Shown piece after piece: positions 1-8,321 of a stretch of DNA of 64,000 bases. Each line of letters opens with the position of its first letter. Position 1 is the first letter of the stretch. A program made the position numbers and the translations under genes. The notes under the pieces are model-generated. The model worked only from the letters and a program-made list of their open reading frames with translations, did no database searches and was not told the origin of the DNA. Origin of the DNA: a virus (lineage: Duplodnaviria > Caudoviricetes); the IMG/VR virus record IMGVR_UViG_3300048606_000077, positions 4,380 through 68,379 of that record. One strand, given 5' to 3'.

Positions 1-635
1 ACGGCCTCGATGGCGCACGCGCATGGGCCTGGCCCGCAACCGTCGACCTGTTCATCGTCGCCGGGGAACTCCTCATCCTCCGTGCCTCGCTGCGCCGCAG
101 TATCGACCCCTGGGCCATCGCACTCGCCGCAACTGGCAGCCTCGGCTCCATCGCACTCAACGTCGCAGGCGTCGGCGCGGATGCGCATCTGCTGGAGTAC
201 ATCGTCGCCGCGGTACCCCCCGTCGCCGCGCTCCTCGCATTCGGTGCACTCATGCGACAGGTACACGACGCACTCGCTCGTGTCCCTGCCCCTGCACTCA
301 CGGATGCGCAGTTGGATGCGGCCGTATCCGTGACGTTCGACCGTGTCGCTGCCGAGGCGGTCCAGGTGGCTACCGAGCAGCCCCCCGCACCCGCCCTGCC
401 GCCGCTCCCCGAGACCTTCGCACCCGCATTCGCCGCAGCCCGGCACCGCAGTGCAGTCCACCAGCTCATCACCCCGGATGCGGACGCCGAGATGTTGGAG
501 GCCGCACTCCAGGTGAACGCAACCGCACTCGCCGAGACCGGACGGCCCGCATCCCTGCGACGCCTGCAAGCCGGGCTCGGTGTCGGCCAGAAGCGGGCGC
601 AGCGCATTCAGCAGCAGCTAGCTGAAGGGGCCTGA
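1..635 (+). CDS. DUF2637-like membrane protein (5' truncated; SpdA-like)
   Basis: Frame open from nt 3: AWAWPATVDLFIVAGELL...AAVPPVAALLAFGALMRQVH, with C-terminal LRRLQAGLGVGQKRAQRI HTH-like tail. Confidence 0.7.
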   Translation, partial: GLDGARAWAWPATVDLFIVAGELLILRASLRRSIDPWAIALAATGSLGSIALNVAGVGADAHLLEYIVAAVPPVAALLAFGALMRQVHDALARVPAPALTDAQLDAAVSVTFDRVAAEAVQVATEQPPAPALPPLPETFAPAFAAARHRSAVHQLITPDADAEMLEAALQVNATALAETGRPASLRRLQAGLGVGQKRAQRIQQQLAEGA

Positions 636-636
636 G

Positions 637-795
637 ATGCACGCCGCAGCCGCACTCGCATTCTTCGTGGTCTCTGCATTCGCTGGTGCACTCGGTGTCG
701 TGCGCCTGGACCGCCGCGCGATGCGGTCCGCTCTCGGCACCGTCGTCGTCATCGGCTGCGCCCTTGTCTACGTCGCCGTCATCTCGCACACCTGA
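637..795 (+). CDS. Small two-TM membrane protein (52 aa)
   Basis: ATG immediately after upstream TGA; MHAAAALAFFVVSAFAGALG...; GC3-biased codons. Confidence 0.6.
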   Translation: MHAAAALAFFVVSAFAGALGVVRLDRRAMRSALGTVVVIGCALVYVAVISHT

Positions 796-802
796 GGACC
801 CC

Positions 803-1369
803 ATGAACTGGGCACTGAATCTTGGCTCTCCCTTCGTCCGGCTCGGCGGCGTCTGCACCGGCACGATCATCGTCGCCCTCGTACTCCAGCGCTTCCGCAT
901 GAAGCACGGCAAGAAGGGCGGCAAGGGCAAGGACGACGATGGGGGAGGCGGCAAGGGCGCCTGGAAGGAGCTTGTGCCGTTCTTCCTCGCGCTCTTCTAC
1001 GGGCTTCTCGCCGTCCTCGCCACCAGCGGCGTCAGCGCCCTCGGCTTCATCTCCCAACTCGGCCTGTGGGCTGGTGACAACTTGGGCACCCTCGCGCTCG
1101 TGTACGGCGTCGGCGGTACCTCGCCCGCCGTCACCCGCGCTCAGCCTGTGGTTCTCACGCCCGGCGGCTACGCGGTCTACCTCATCTGGACGGCCCTGGT
1201 CGTCGGCCACCACGTGTGGGCCCGCCGCCGGCCCCGCATCCAGAGCGCCCTCGGCGTCGTCGCCGGGGTCTGCCTCGGCCTGTCCGCCGGCGTCGCCGGT
1301 ATCGCTGCCGTGCCGCTGGGCAGCATCGTGAACCTGCTGGGCGCCTGGTATGCGGGGGTTGTCCAGTGA
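803..1369 (+). CDS. Multi-pass membrane protein
   Basis: GAGGA RBS then ATG at 803; several hydrophobic segments. Confidence 0.7.
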   Translation: MNWALNLGSPFVRLGGVCTGTIIVALVLQRFRMKHGKKGGKGKDDDGGGGKGAWKELVPFFLALFYGLLAVLATSGVSALGFISQLGLWAGDNLGTLALVYGVGGTSPAVTRAQPVVLTPGGYAVYLIWTALVVGHHVWARRRPRIQSALGVVAGVCLGLSAGVAGIAAVPLGSIVNLLGAWYAGVVQ

Positions 1370-2037
1370 GCAGCCTGGGGGAGCGTCTGATCCGGGGGAG
1401 TGACGTGCTGGTGTTGCGGGCGTGGGCGGTGCTGTGGCCGGGGGAGTGGCGGGAAGCGGTGCAGCGTTGGTGCGCCATCGGCGTCGTGGGCTCCTTCCCC
1501 GTCACCGCCGTGTGCCTGCATCCGTGGCTGCTGGCGCCAGCTGCTGGCGGTTGGGCTGCTGCGGCGCTGGCCGTGTCCAAGCAGGCCGGGGACAAAGACG
1601 AGGACTCCGAGGATGAGCCCGTCATCGAGGGCCTGGAGCCGGAAGAGCTGGGCGACGCCGAGTTCGTTGCTGTGCTGCGGGCTGCGATCGGCGACCGGAA
1701 CGGTGTCCTCCTCCGTGACGTGGCGGTCGCGTTGGAGGAGGCCGGGCTGACGTCTGGGTGGACCCCGGCGGATGTGCGTCAGCAGTGCGACGCGTGCGGC
1801 ATCCCTGTGAAGGAGTCCATCAAGGTCTCCGGGGAGACGTCGGTGGGGGTGCATCGGCTTGCGCTCCCGGCCGCTCCCCCGGCCGCTTCTGAGGGGGGTC
1901 AGGTAGTGGGTAGTTCCGCAGGTCAGGGCTCAACTACCTCCCCGACTGCCTACCCGGCTACCCCCGTCGTCGAGCGGCACGAGAGCGGCATGACGATCGT
2001 CCGGCACCCCGCTGAGGACCGGCGCTACACGCCCTGA
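1366..2037 (+). CDS. Hypothetical membrane-anchored protein
   Basis: GTGA overlap with upstream stop; N-terminal TM segments, acidic linker, soluble C-terminal domain. Confidence 0.65.
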   Translation: MSSLGERLIRGSDVLVLRAWAVLWPGEWREAVQRWCAIGVVGSFPVTAVCLHPWLLAPAAGGWAAAALAVSKQAGDKDEDSEDEPVIEGLEPEELGDAEFVAVLRAAIGDRNGVLLRDVAVALEEAGLTSGWTPADVRQQCDACGIPVKESIKVSGETSVGVHRLALPAAPPAASEGGQVVGSSAGQGSTTSPTAYPATPVVERHESGMTIVRHPAEDRRYTP

Positions 2038-2129
2038 CGCGCACCCACTGAACCCCGGGGCGGCCGCCCGCCTGGCAGCTGACCGGCCGCCCCGGTCCAC
2101 CCATCCCGCAAGAGACAGGCAGGACCATC

Positions 2130-2231
2130 ATGCCCACATCCACGCCCGGCGGTTGGACTGAGGAGCAGCGGCGTAAGCAGGCTGAGTTGTCCGACCGGTT
2201 GAAGCGGCCGCCGATGCCTGCGCGGCGCTGA
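2130..2231 (+). CDS. Small hypothetical protein (33 aa)
   Basis: AGGA RBS then ATG; MPTSTPGGWTEEQRRKQAELSDRLKRPPMPARR. Confidence 0.4.
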   Translation: MPTSTPGGWTEEQRRKQAELSDRLKRPPMPARR

Positions 2232-2282
2232 CCGTCTGCCATCACGCTGCGCTGACTCACCGACCCGCGAGAGGATCGCCCC

Positions 2283-2798
2283 ATGCGCATTCCCGACATC
2301 GCCACCACCTACGTCACCGCAGTGCACGCCGCGCTCGCCCAGACCGGCCTACCGCCCTCCGGCGCAGGCGCCCCGGAGCCAACCGGCCCCGGCGACTACC
2401 CCGCCATCGACAACATCATTAACCTCGACGAGGACTCCGGCCTGGCCGAGGACCGGTGGCTGTACGGGCTCACCGTGATCTGGGAGTGGCACAACCCCGA
2501 CGGCACCGACGAGCACCCCGAAGGCCCGTTCTGGCGGTGGGGCAAGGTCACGAAGGGCGGGCGGCTTCAGCCGCTGCTCTCAGGTGACCTGCCTGATCTG
2601 CCTGTGGACGGCTTCGCTGCGCCTGGTGTCGTGGCCGCCACTGTCCGCCAGCTGGCCGACACTGGTGCACCCGGTCCGGCTCTCACCGAGCGGTGGGATC
2701 GCGCGGATGAGTTGGCCGCTGCGCTGGGCGTGTGGGCCGCCGCCGAGGTGGCCGAGTATGAGAGGTCGGTGGCGGGACTCCCCGGCGCGGACGTCTGA
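2283..2798 (+). CDS. Hypothetical protein
   Basis: GAGGA RBS; globular composition; GC3 bias. Confidence 0.7.
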   Translation: MRIPDIATTYVTAVHAALAQTGLPPSGAGAPEPTGPGDYPAIDNIINLDEDSGLAEDRWLYGLTVIWEWHNPDGTDEHPEGPFWRWGKVTKGGRLQPLLSGDLPDLPVDGFAAPGVVAATVRQLADTGAPGPALTERWDRADELAAALGVWAAAEVAEYERSVAGLPGADV

Positions 2799-2845
2799 CC
2801 GTCTGCCACACTGGTGGTTCACGTCGGGTAACGCCCGGCAAAGCC

Positions 2846-2884
2846 CGATGCCCGATCGCGTCCCCCCGTCGCGATCGGGCATCG
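2846..2884. terminator. Bidirectional hairpin terminator between convergent genes
   Basis: 15-bp perfect inverted repeat CGATGCCCGATCGCG/CGCGATCGGGCATCG. Confidence 0.7.
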
Positions 2885-2895
2885 TTGCGTCTCCA

Positions 2896-3045
2896 TCACG
2901 GGCGGGCGAAGTGCGCCACCCAAAAGACGACCAGAGCGATCACGACCCACAGCCCAACGTCAGCCCAAGCGCCGCCCGCCCAGAACATGCAGGTCGGGAC
3001 AGACCAGGTCGCGCACACCCAGAAGAAGGTGTGCTCGTCGCTCAC
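2896..3045 (-). CDS. Small membrane protein
   Basis: GTGA overlap with upstream gene; hydrophobic VGLWVVIALVVFWV. Confidence 0.5.
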   Translation of the reverse strand: MSDEHTFFWVCATWSVPTCMFWAGGAWADVGLWVVIALVVFWVAHFARP

Positions 3046-3515
3046 GTCTCGCTCCTCTGGTCGGCCGGCTTCGGCCCCCACCGCTTCTCGACGTCATCCT
3101 CAGTGATGGGCACCTCCCGGTACGGCTTGCCCGGCAGCACCTCGCCGGTCTCCAACGCCCACCACCCGGCACACACCATCGCGCCGAGCGGCAAGCCCCG
3201 GAACATCGCCACCGGCGTGTACCGCCCCAACGCCGAGACCGGCAGGCCCTGGTGGCAGAAGAACGGCTCATCGTCCGGCAGCGTCGCCCCGTTGGCCTCC
3301 AGCTCCGGCGAGCCGGGCCGCAGTGCACAGTCCGCGCATGCTGCCCGCATCACGCCGGGCGGCCGGGGCGCGCGTTCCGCTGGGCCGCATGGGTCGTCTG
3401 TGAGGCCGGTGCCGGAGCAGTGCATGCAACGTTCGGCGCCACTGTTGAGGCTGGGGGTGATGCCGCCGACGCACATGGGGCAGAGGTACGGGTGGATCTG
3501 CAGATCGCCGCTCAC
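3042..3515 (-). CDS. Cys-rich (zinc-binding) hypothetical protein
   Basis: CPMC...CMHC..G.G, CADC, CHQ motifs; overlaps Thg1 stop. Confidence 0.65.
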   Translation of the reverse strand: MSGDLQIHPYLCPMCVGGITPSLNSGAERCMHCSGTGLTDDPCGPAERAPRPPGVMRAACADCALRPGSPELEANGATLPDDEPFFCHQGLPVSALGRYTPVAMFRGLPLGAMVCAGWWALETGEVLPGKPYREVPITEDDVEKRWGPKPADQRSET

Positions 3516-4324
3516 GTGCTGCTCCTCGGGTCGGGCTGCTCCCCAGATGCGGCACTCACCAGCGTCGGCAACGGCGGGATCATCGCGGCGAGCCAGTCGC
3601 CGGGGTCAGCAGTGAAGTGCGGCGCCGGGCTGGCCTCCCACCACGACCGCACCGCCGTGGTCTGCACGGTCTCCTGGCTGCGCCGGTCGACGTACTCCAC
3701 CCGCCGCTCCCCAGTACGACGCTGCGCCACCCGGCCGCGCTTGCAGCCGTCAGGGTAGGCACTCCAGTTGACGCCGTACTCGGACCACAGCAGCTCCTGC
3801 ATCTGCCCGCTACTCACACCGTGCAGCCGCTTCGCAGAGAACTTCGCCTGCGCCGCCATAGAGATCGAGTTGCGGACGGCGTCGCGCTGCCGCCAGATGA
3901 AGTAGTTGGCGACCTCGACCGGGTCGGCGAGCGTGAACAGCCGGGCGTCGAACAGGGCGCGGCCCGGACGGCGTTCGTTGAGGACAGCCGTGGCCAGTGA
4001 TGCGGAGACGGTGAGCTGCTTGGCGACGACGCCACCGAACCACGGCTCAGTGCCAAGGCTCGTGAAGTCGGAGATGAGGACGCTGACCTCGTCGGACTGG
4101 GTGTACGCGAATCGGGCGCCGGTGATCTCGCCGCACAGCGCTTCGGCGACGGCGTCCATGTCTGCCATGAACGCTTCGTCGTAGGGCTTCGTCGCGCCGC
4201 GCAGGTAGGAATGGAAGGCGCGGCCGTCGAGGCGGAGCAGGGTGTAGGTGCGGCGGGGCAGCACGGCGCGGTAGGTGGCTTCGTGGCGTTTCATGCGGTC
4301 GCCGAGGGCGGTGCTGTCGGTCAT
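3512..4324 (-). CDS. thg1: tRNA(His) guanylyltransferase Thg1-like protein (3'-5' polymerase)
   Basis: RLDGRAFH, YTQSDEVS, FDAR, YFIWRQRDAVRNS and KRG motifs of the Thg1 family. Confidence 0.92.
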   Translation of the reverse strand: MTDSTALGDRMKRHEATYRAVLPRRTYTLLRLDGRAFHSYLRGATKPYDEAFMADMDAVAEALCGEITGARFAYTQSDEVSVLISDFTSLGTEPWFGGVVAKQLTVSASLATAVLNERRPGRALFDARLFTLADPVEVANYFIWRQRDAVRNSISMAAQAKFSAKRLHGVSSGQMQELLWSEYGVNWSAYPDGCKRGRVAQRRTGERRVEYVDRRSQETVQTTAVRSWWEASPAPHFTADPGDWLAAMIPPLPTLVSAASGEQPDPRSST

Positions 4325-4327
4325 GGG

Positions 4328-4786
4328 TCAGCCCTCCTCGACATCGAACGTCCAACGCAGCCCATCAACTGGGACCAGCAACCCCGGATTCGTCTCCGCG
4401 ACGTGGCGAAGGTTACGGCGGGCGCGCGGCAGGTTGCAGTGGAAGCCCAGCGCCTCGTAGGTAGCCAGGGCCCGCTTCTGATCCCATCGCCCGCCCTCGG
4501 CACGGATACGATCCCGCAGCTGGTCCGTGCGACTGACCTGGTCCGCCTGCTTCCCAGGCATCGCACCGGCCGGGACCACGTCGACCGTGGTGACGACCTC
4601 CACTCCGGACGGACCCTGCTCGTACGTGACGCCCGCGATGCCCTGGACCGTGAAGGATCTTGGGCCGCTCAGCGTGATCGGGACGCCGGCATCGGGTACG
4701 GGGATCGCGGTGTTGGCTGAGAAGTGGGCGACTTCTGCGGTGTCCGTTGCGAGGACGAACACGACGCGGTGGGTCAGGTCGGCCAT
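4328..4786 (-). CDS. Hypothetical protein with C-terminal winged-helix-like domain
   Basis: C-terminus IRAEGGRWDQKRA...RARRNLRHVA resembles the ORF at 55590-55865. Confidence 0.6.
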   Translation of the reverse strand: MADLTHRVVFVLATDTAEVAHFSANTAIPVPDAGVPITLSGPRSFTVQGIAGVTYEQGPSGVEVVTTVDVVPAGAMPGKQADQVSRTDQLRDRIRAEGGRWDQKRALATYEALGFHCNLPRARRNLRHVAETNPGLLVPVDGLRWTFDVEEG

Positions 4787-4789
4787 GGG

Positions 4790-4981
4790 TCAGCTCTCCT
4801 CGGTGGCGTCGGCGGCCGGGCGTTCGCGGTCCTTCTTCTTCAGCCAGTCGTGTAGGGCTTCGATGACCACGTCGGCGTACGGACGCTTCTCCGCCTTGAC
4901 GTACTTCATGACCTCCTCCCAGAGCGGGATCGGTGGCCGGAAGGTCTTGACGGGGGTCTGGCCGGTTGCTGGCCTGGCCAT
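4790..4981 (-). CDS. Ribbon-helix-helix-like DNA-binding protein
   Basis: 63 aa; MARPATGQTPVKTFR beta strand followed by two helices; GGAGGA RBS. Confidence 0.65.
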   Translation of the reverse strand: MARPATGQTPVKTFRPPIPLWEEVMKYVKAEKRPYADVVIEALHDWLKKKDRERPAADATEES

Positions 4982-4995
4982 GGGTCCTCCTCGGG

Positions 4996-5080
4996 GGTTC
5001 TGTATTACAGGAACCAGTATTCACCTGTGGGAGAAGGTTGACAACCCAACCTCGGGGGAGCATTATTGTAATACAGAAAC
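4996..5080 (+). promoter_or_regulatory. Promoter TTGACA-17-CATTAT flanked by two TGTAwTACA operators
   Basis: TTGACA 5038-5043, CATTAT 5061-5066; palindromes GGTTCTGTATTACAGGAACC 4996-5015 and TGTAATACAGAAAC 5067-5080. Confidence 0.75.
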
Positions 5081-5104
5081 GGACAGCAAGCAGGGGAGCC
5101 CAAT

Positions 5105-5563
5105 ATGACCACCGCCGCGACCACCAAGTCCGAGTTCACCGCCTTCGTCGTTGCCCTCGTGGAGCGCAAGGAGTCGGGCGCCCTGCTTACCGCCACCCTC
5201 GGCGGCTACCGGTTCGAGATCGCCACCTCCTACGGCACCTACCGGATCACCACCTCCGGCGGCCCCCTCGGCGAGTGGACCCGGCGGCAGGGCATCACCA
5301 CCCCGAACGTCGCCGAGACCGCCGCCGCTCTGTGGAGTGACCTCCACGACGGCGCCGAGCAGGATGAGCTTCCTGTCACCGAGACCCCGGACGCCGTCAC
5401 CGAGGTGCAGGCCGCACGGACCGCCGTCGCAGAAGCCGCCAACGCGCGGCGCCTCTACGGAACCAGTGGCACCCCTGCCGTCAAGGCTCGGACCGCCGCC
5501 CGTGAGGCCATCTACCGGGCGCTGCGGGCCGGAGCGACTGAGCGGGACATCCTCGCCGTCTAG
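5105..5563 (+). CDS. Hypothetical protein
   Basis: GGGGAG RBS; ORF with GC3 bias downstream of the promoter. Confidence 0.75.
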   Translation: MTTAATTKSEFTAFVVALVERKESGALLTATLGGYRFEIATSYGTYRITTSGGPLGEWTRRQGITTPNVAETAAALWSDLHDGAEQDELPVTETPDAVTEVQAARTAVAEAANARRLYGTSGTPAVKARTAAREAIYRALRAGATERDILAV

Positions 5564-5585
5564 GCCGCCTGACCCGCGCCACCCA

Positions 5586-5611
5586 CCCCCGCTGCTCGAC
5601 CGTAGCGGGGG
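5586..5611 (+). terminator. Rho-independent terminator
   Basis: CCCCCGCTGC/GTAGCGGGGG stem followed by CCTCTTTAT. Confidence 0.6.
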
Positions 5612-5628
5612 CCTCTTTATGTCTCATC

Positions 5629-5709
5629 GGTATTACAGAAACCCTCATCTATCTGCGGCGAGGAGTTGACAAGCTCGCAGTAGAGGTGCATTCTTGTATT
5701 ACAGAAACC
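5629..5709 (+). promoter_or_regulatory. Second promoter TTGACA-17-CATTCT with the same operators
   Basis: TTGACA 5666-5671, CATTCT 5689-5694; GGTATTACAGAAACC 5629-5643 and TGTATTACAGAAACC 5695-5709. Confidence 0.75.
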
Positions 5710-5731
5710 GAAGGAGACCAGGGGGATCACG

Positions 5732-6118
5732 ATGATTGCTCGCTACCGCAAGACCACCCACCGCCTCATCACCGCAGCCCGCAACATCAGCCGCCCCCTC
5801 GCCTACTGGACCCTGAGCGGCGCCAACGCCTCCCACATCGCCACCGGCCGCCTCGTCCGCACCGGCGACTTCCTCGCCCGCGTCGGCGGCGACGACCTCC
5901 CCGACGGCCAGAAGTCCTGGTTCGGCCGGCACGTGGCCAAGGCCCACCGCGCGGCGACCGGTGCCGAGCCCCTCCGCGTGTGGTCGCAGCACCGCACCAC
6001 CGGCCGCTGGATCCACGTCGCCTGCTACGGCCCCATCGACGAGGCGCTGTACGCCGGACTCCGCACCTACAAGGGCACCCGCCACCTGCTCGCCTCCTCC
6101 TACCAGGAGTGCGCATAG
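5732..6118 (+). CDS. Hypothetical protein
   Basis: RBS-like GGGGGA then ATG; strong GC3 bias. Confidence 0.75.
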   Translation: MIARYRKTTHRLITAARNISRPLAYWTLSGANASHIATGRLVRTGDFLARVGGDDLPDGQKSWFGRHVAKAHRAATGAEPLRVWSQHRTTGRWIHVACYGPIDEALYAGLRTYKGTRHLLASSYQECA

Positions 6119-6760
6119 ACCAACTTCATCGAGCAGGACACCACCGGACACGCCATCATCCGCGACCTCGACCAGGCCTGGACCGACCTCCTCCGCATCC
6201 GGCGCCAGTTCGAAGCCGACCGGTGGCACTCGTGGGAAGCCCGGCACAACGCCTTCGGCTATCAGGAGACCGCCCGGCGCACCATCGCCGCCCGCCGTGC
6301 GGATCTCGACGCCCACCGAGCCCAGCTGGCCGCCACGGAGGGGCACATCGTCCGCCTCGCCTCGGCCGCCGTCACCACAGGCGACCCGGTCGTGACCGCC
6401 GTCGCGTACCTCGTCTACGGCCCCGCCGCACTCACCCCGGCCGGCGTCATCGCCCGGCCGGCCCCGGCCGCCGCTCCGCACCCGGAGCCCCTCGCCGCCG
6501 CCACCCTGCCCAAGTCCGAAGCCCTCGCCAAACAGGCCCTAGCCGACGCGGAAGACGCGTTCTGGGACCACGCCGAGGACTGCGGGCCGTGCTTCCTCGG
6601 CGCCAACAAGCCCGTCGTGCAGGGCCTGTGCCCGCGCGGCTGGGACCGGTGGAGCGCCCGCAACTCTGCGGCCGACACCGCGAGCAACTGGCGCGAGTAC
6701 GACCGCTGGCTCCGGGGCGGCGGCCACGCCCGCTGGGCCGCCAACGACTGGATCGCCTGA
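6119..6760 (+). CDS. Coding-like frame with no canonical start before 6392 (read-through or damaged start); may be one or two genes
   Basis: In frame directly after TAG at 6116-6118: TNFIEQDTTGHAIIRDLDQAW... with near-complete GC3 bias, continuing into the ORF starting GTG 6392. Confidence 0.5.
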   Translation, partial: TNFIEQDTTGHAIIRDLDQAWTDLLRIRRQFEADRWHSWEARHNAFGYQETARRTIAARRADLDAHRAQLAATEGHIVRLASAAVTTGDPVVTAVAYLVYGPAALTPAGVIARPAPAAAPHPEPLAAATLPKSEALAKQALADAEDAFWDHAEDCGPCFLGANKPVVQGLCPRGWDRWSARNSAADTASNWREYDRWLRGGGHARWAANDWIA

Positions 6761-6806
6761 GACCAACTTCAACGCCACCCAGACCGCAACCAGCCAGGAG
6801 GCCGCA

Positions 6807-7406
6807 ATGAACACCGAAAACCAGACCACCGAGCACACCATCCGCGTCATCCCCGCAGGAGAGGTCAAGGTCGGCGACCGAATCATCACCTTCGGACATC
6901 ACCACCTGGCGGTGACAGCTCTTCACCTCGACGGCGACACCGTGGCGTTCGAGACCACCGAGTGGAAGGGCACCCCGCGTTCGCGCCGGTGCCCGACGTA
7001 CGTCCTCAACGAAGGCGCGGCGCCGGCTACCCCGGTCACCGATGACGCTCAGCCGACCGCCGCCCCGTCCGCCCCGAGCAAGGAGACCGCCATGCAAACC
7101 ACCGTCCGCGAGATCCAGCACCAAGTCCGCATCAACCTCACCGACGCCCCGAAACTCACCAACGTCATCGGCCGGACCCGCCAGCCCCTCGGACTGCGGC
7201 TCACCTACGGCCTCCGCAGCGACATCACCCGCGTCGACATCACCGTCGAATGGGAGGACACAGCCGAAATGTGGCCCCCCGTCGCCGACATGCCTGACTG
7301 GCTGCGCTGCATCATCGACGACCACCGCCCGGCGGATGTGGACGAACTTGAGTCCTACCGTCCGACTGGGATGGGCGGATGGCCCGTCTACCCGGCCGCC
7401 GGCTGA
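6807..7406 (+). CDS. Hypothetical protein (in-frame internal RBS and ATG at 7092)
   Basis: AGGAGG RBS at the start; second AAGGAG-ATG at 7080-7094. Confidence 0.7.
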   Translation: MNTENQTTEHTIRVIPAGEVKVGDRIITFGHHHLAVTALHLDGDTVAFETTEWKGTPRSRRCPTYVLNEGAAPATPVTDDAQPTAAPSAPSKETAMQTTVREIQHQVRINLTDAPKLTNVIGRTRQPLGLRLTYGLRSDITRVDITVEWEDTAEMWPPVADMPDWLRCIIDDHRPADVDELESYRPTGMGGWPVYPAAG

Positions 7407-7499
7407 CCGCCGCCCGGGTGCGCGTACCGCACGCGCACCCCACGAGGCACTCAGCCACCGACCGCCCGCACCGAGCACCAAACCGCAGGGGAGCCAGAA

Positions 7500-7715
7500 A
7501 TGAACGCCACAAGCCGACCGGGGTGCGATGGCGGCCCGCTCGGGTCCTGCCGAATCCGCCCCACCTGGAAGCTCCGGGAGAAGGGCGACAAGCTCGAACG
7601 GAACTGGTTCTTCGCCTGCGGTCGGCACCTGCACTACACCGCCGAAGAAATCGCCGGAGACGAACAGGGCGGCCCCGGCCTCGACCTGATCCGCATCAAG
7701 ACCAACGAGCGATAG
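7500..7715 (+). CDS. Small Cys-containing hypothetical protein
   Basis: GGGGAG RBS; C...C...CGRHL. Confidence 0.6.
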   Translation: MNATSRPGCDGGPLGSCRIRPTWKLREKGDKLERNWFFACGRHLHYTAEEIAGDEQGGPGLDLIRIKTNER

Positions 7716-7724
7716 GAGCCGACC

Positions 7725-7904
7725 ATGGCCAATGCCCCGGACGAACCGAAGCCCTCGGCCGACCTCGCCGCCCTACTGGCCACCGTGCGCGACCTGGAGC
7801 GCCAGGTGTTCGCCCAGGTTCACCCGATGGACCCGAACGGGCACCTCGTCCGCGAGTTCGCCCACCAGGTGAAGGCGCTGCTCGACACGATCGGCCCCGC
7901 CTGA
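7725..7904 (+). CDS. Small hypothetical protein (59 aa)
   Basis: AGGAG RBS; MANAPDEPKPSADLAALLATVRDLERQVF... Confidence 0.6.
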   Translation: MANAPDEPKPSADLAALLATVRDLERQVFAQVHPMDPNGHLVREFAHQVKALLDTIGPA

Positions 7905-7970
7905 TCCGTCCCCGGCCCGGCCTTCGCGCCGGGCCCCAGTCACCCGCACCGACCGCCCGAGGAGGGCCAC

Positions 7971-8246
7971 ATGCAGGACATCGACCGCCACCACCCGCAG
8001 CAGGCCCCCGCCGGACCGGTCGTCTGGATCCTCTCCACCGGCGAGGACCACGAGGGCGGCACCGTCCTGGGCGTCTACGCCGACCGCGACCTCGCACGCG
8101 GCCACTTCACCACCGAGGCGAACAACATGTCCTTCGCCATCGACGACGCCCGCCAGGACGACAACGGATCCATCCACCTCCACGCCGGATGCGACTGGCT
8201 CGCGCTGGAACCGCACCCGCTCGTCACCCGCCAGCAGCTCACCTGA
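7971..8246 (+). CDS. Hypothetical protein
   Basis: GAGGAGG RBS; VWILSTGEDHEGGTVLGVYAD. Confidence 0.7.
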   Translation: MQDIDRHHPQQAPAGPVVWILSTGEDHEGGTVLGVYADRDLARGHFTTEANNMSFAIDDARQDDNGSIHLHAGCDWLALEPHPLVTRQQLT

Positions 8247-8321
8247 CCCAACCGAGCCGGCTGCGCCCCGGATGACACCGGCCGGGACGCAGCCACCCAA
8301 CCAACCACCACGGGGGAACCC

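Noticed and set aside
4328-4786. Similarity of this C-terminus to ORF 55590-55865 as evidence of a duplication
   Set aside because: Only a short, by-eye winged-helix-like resemblance, with no nucleotide repeat.
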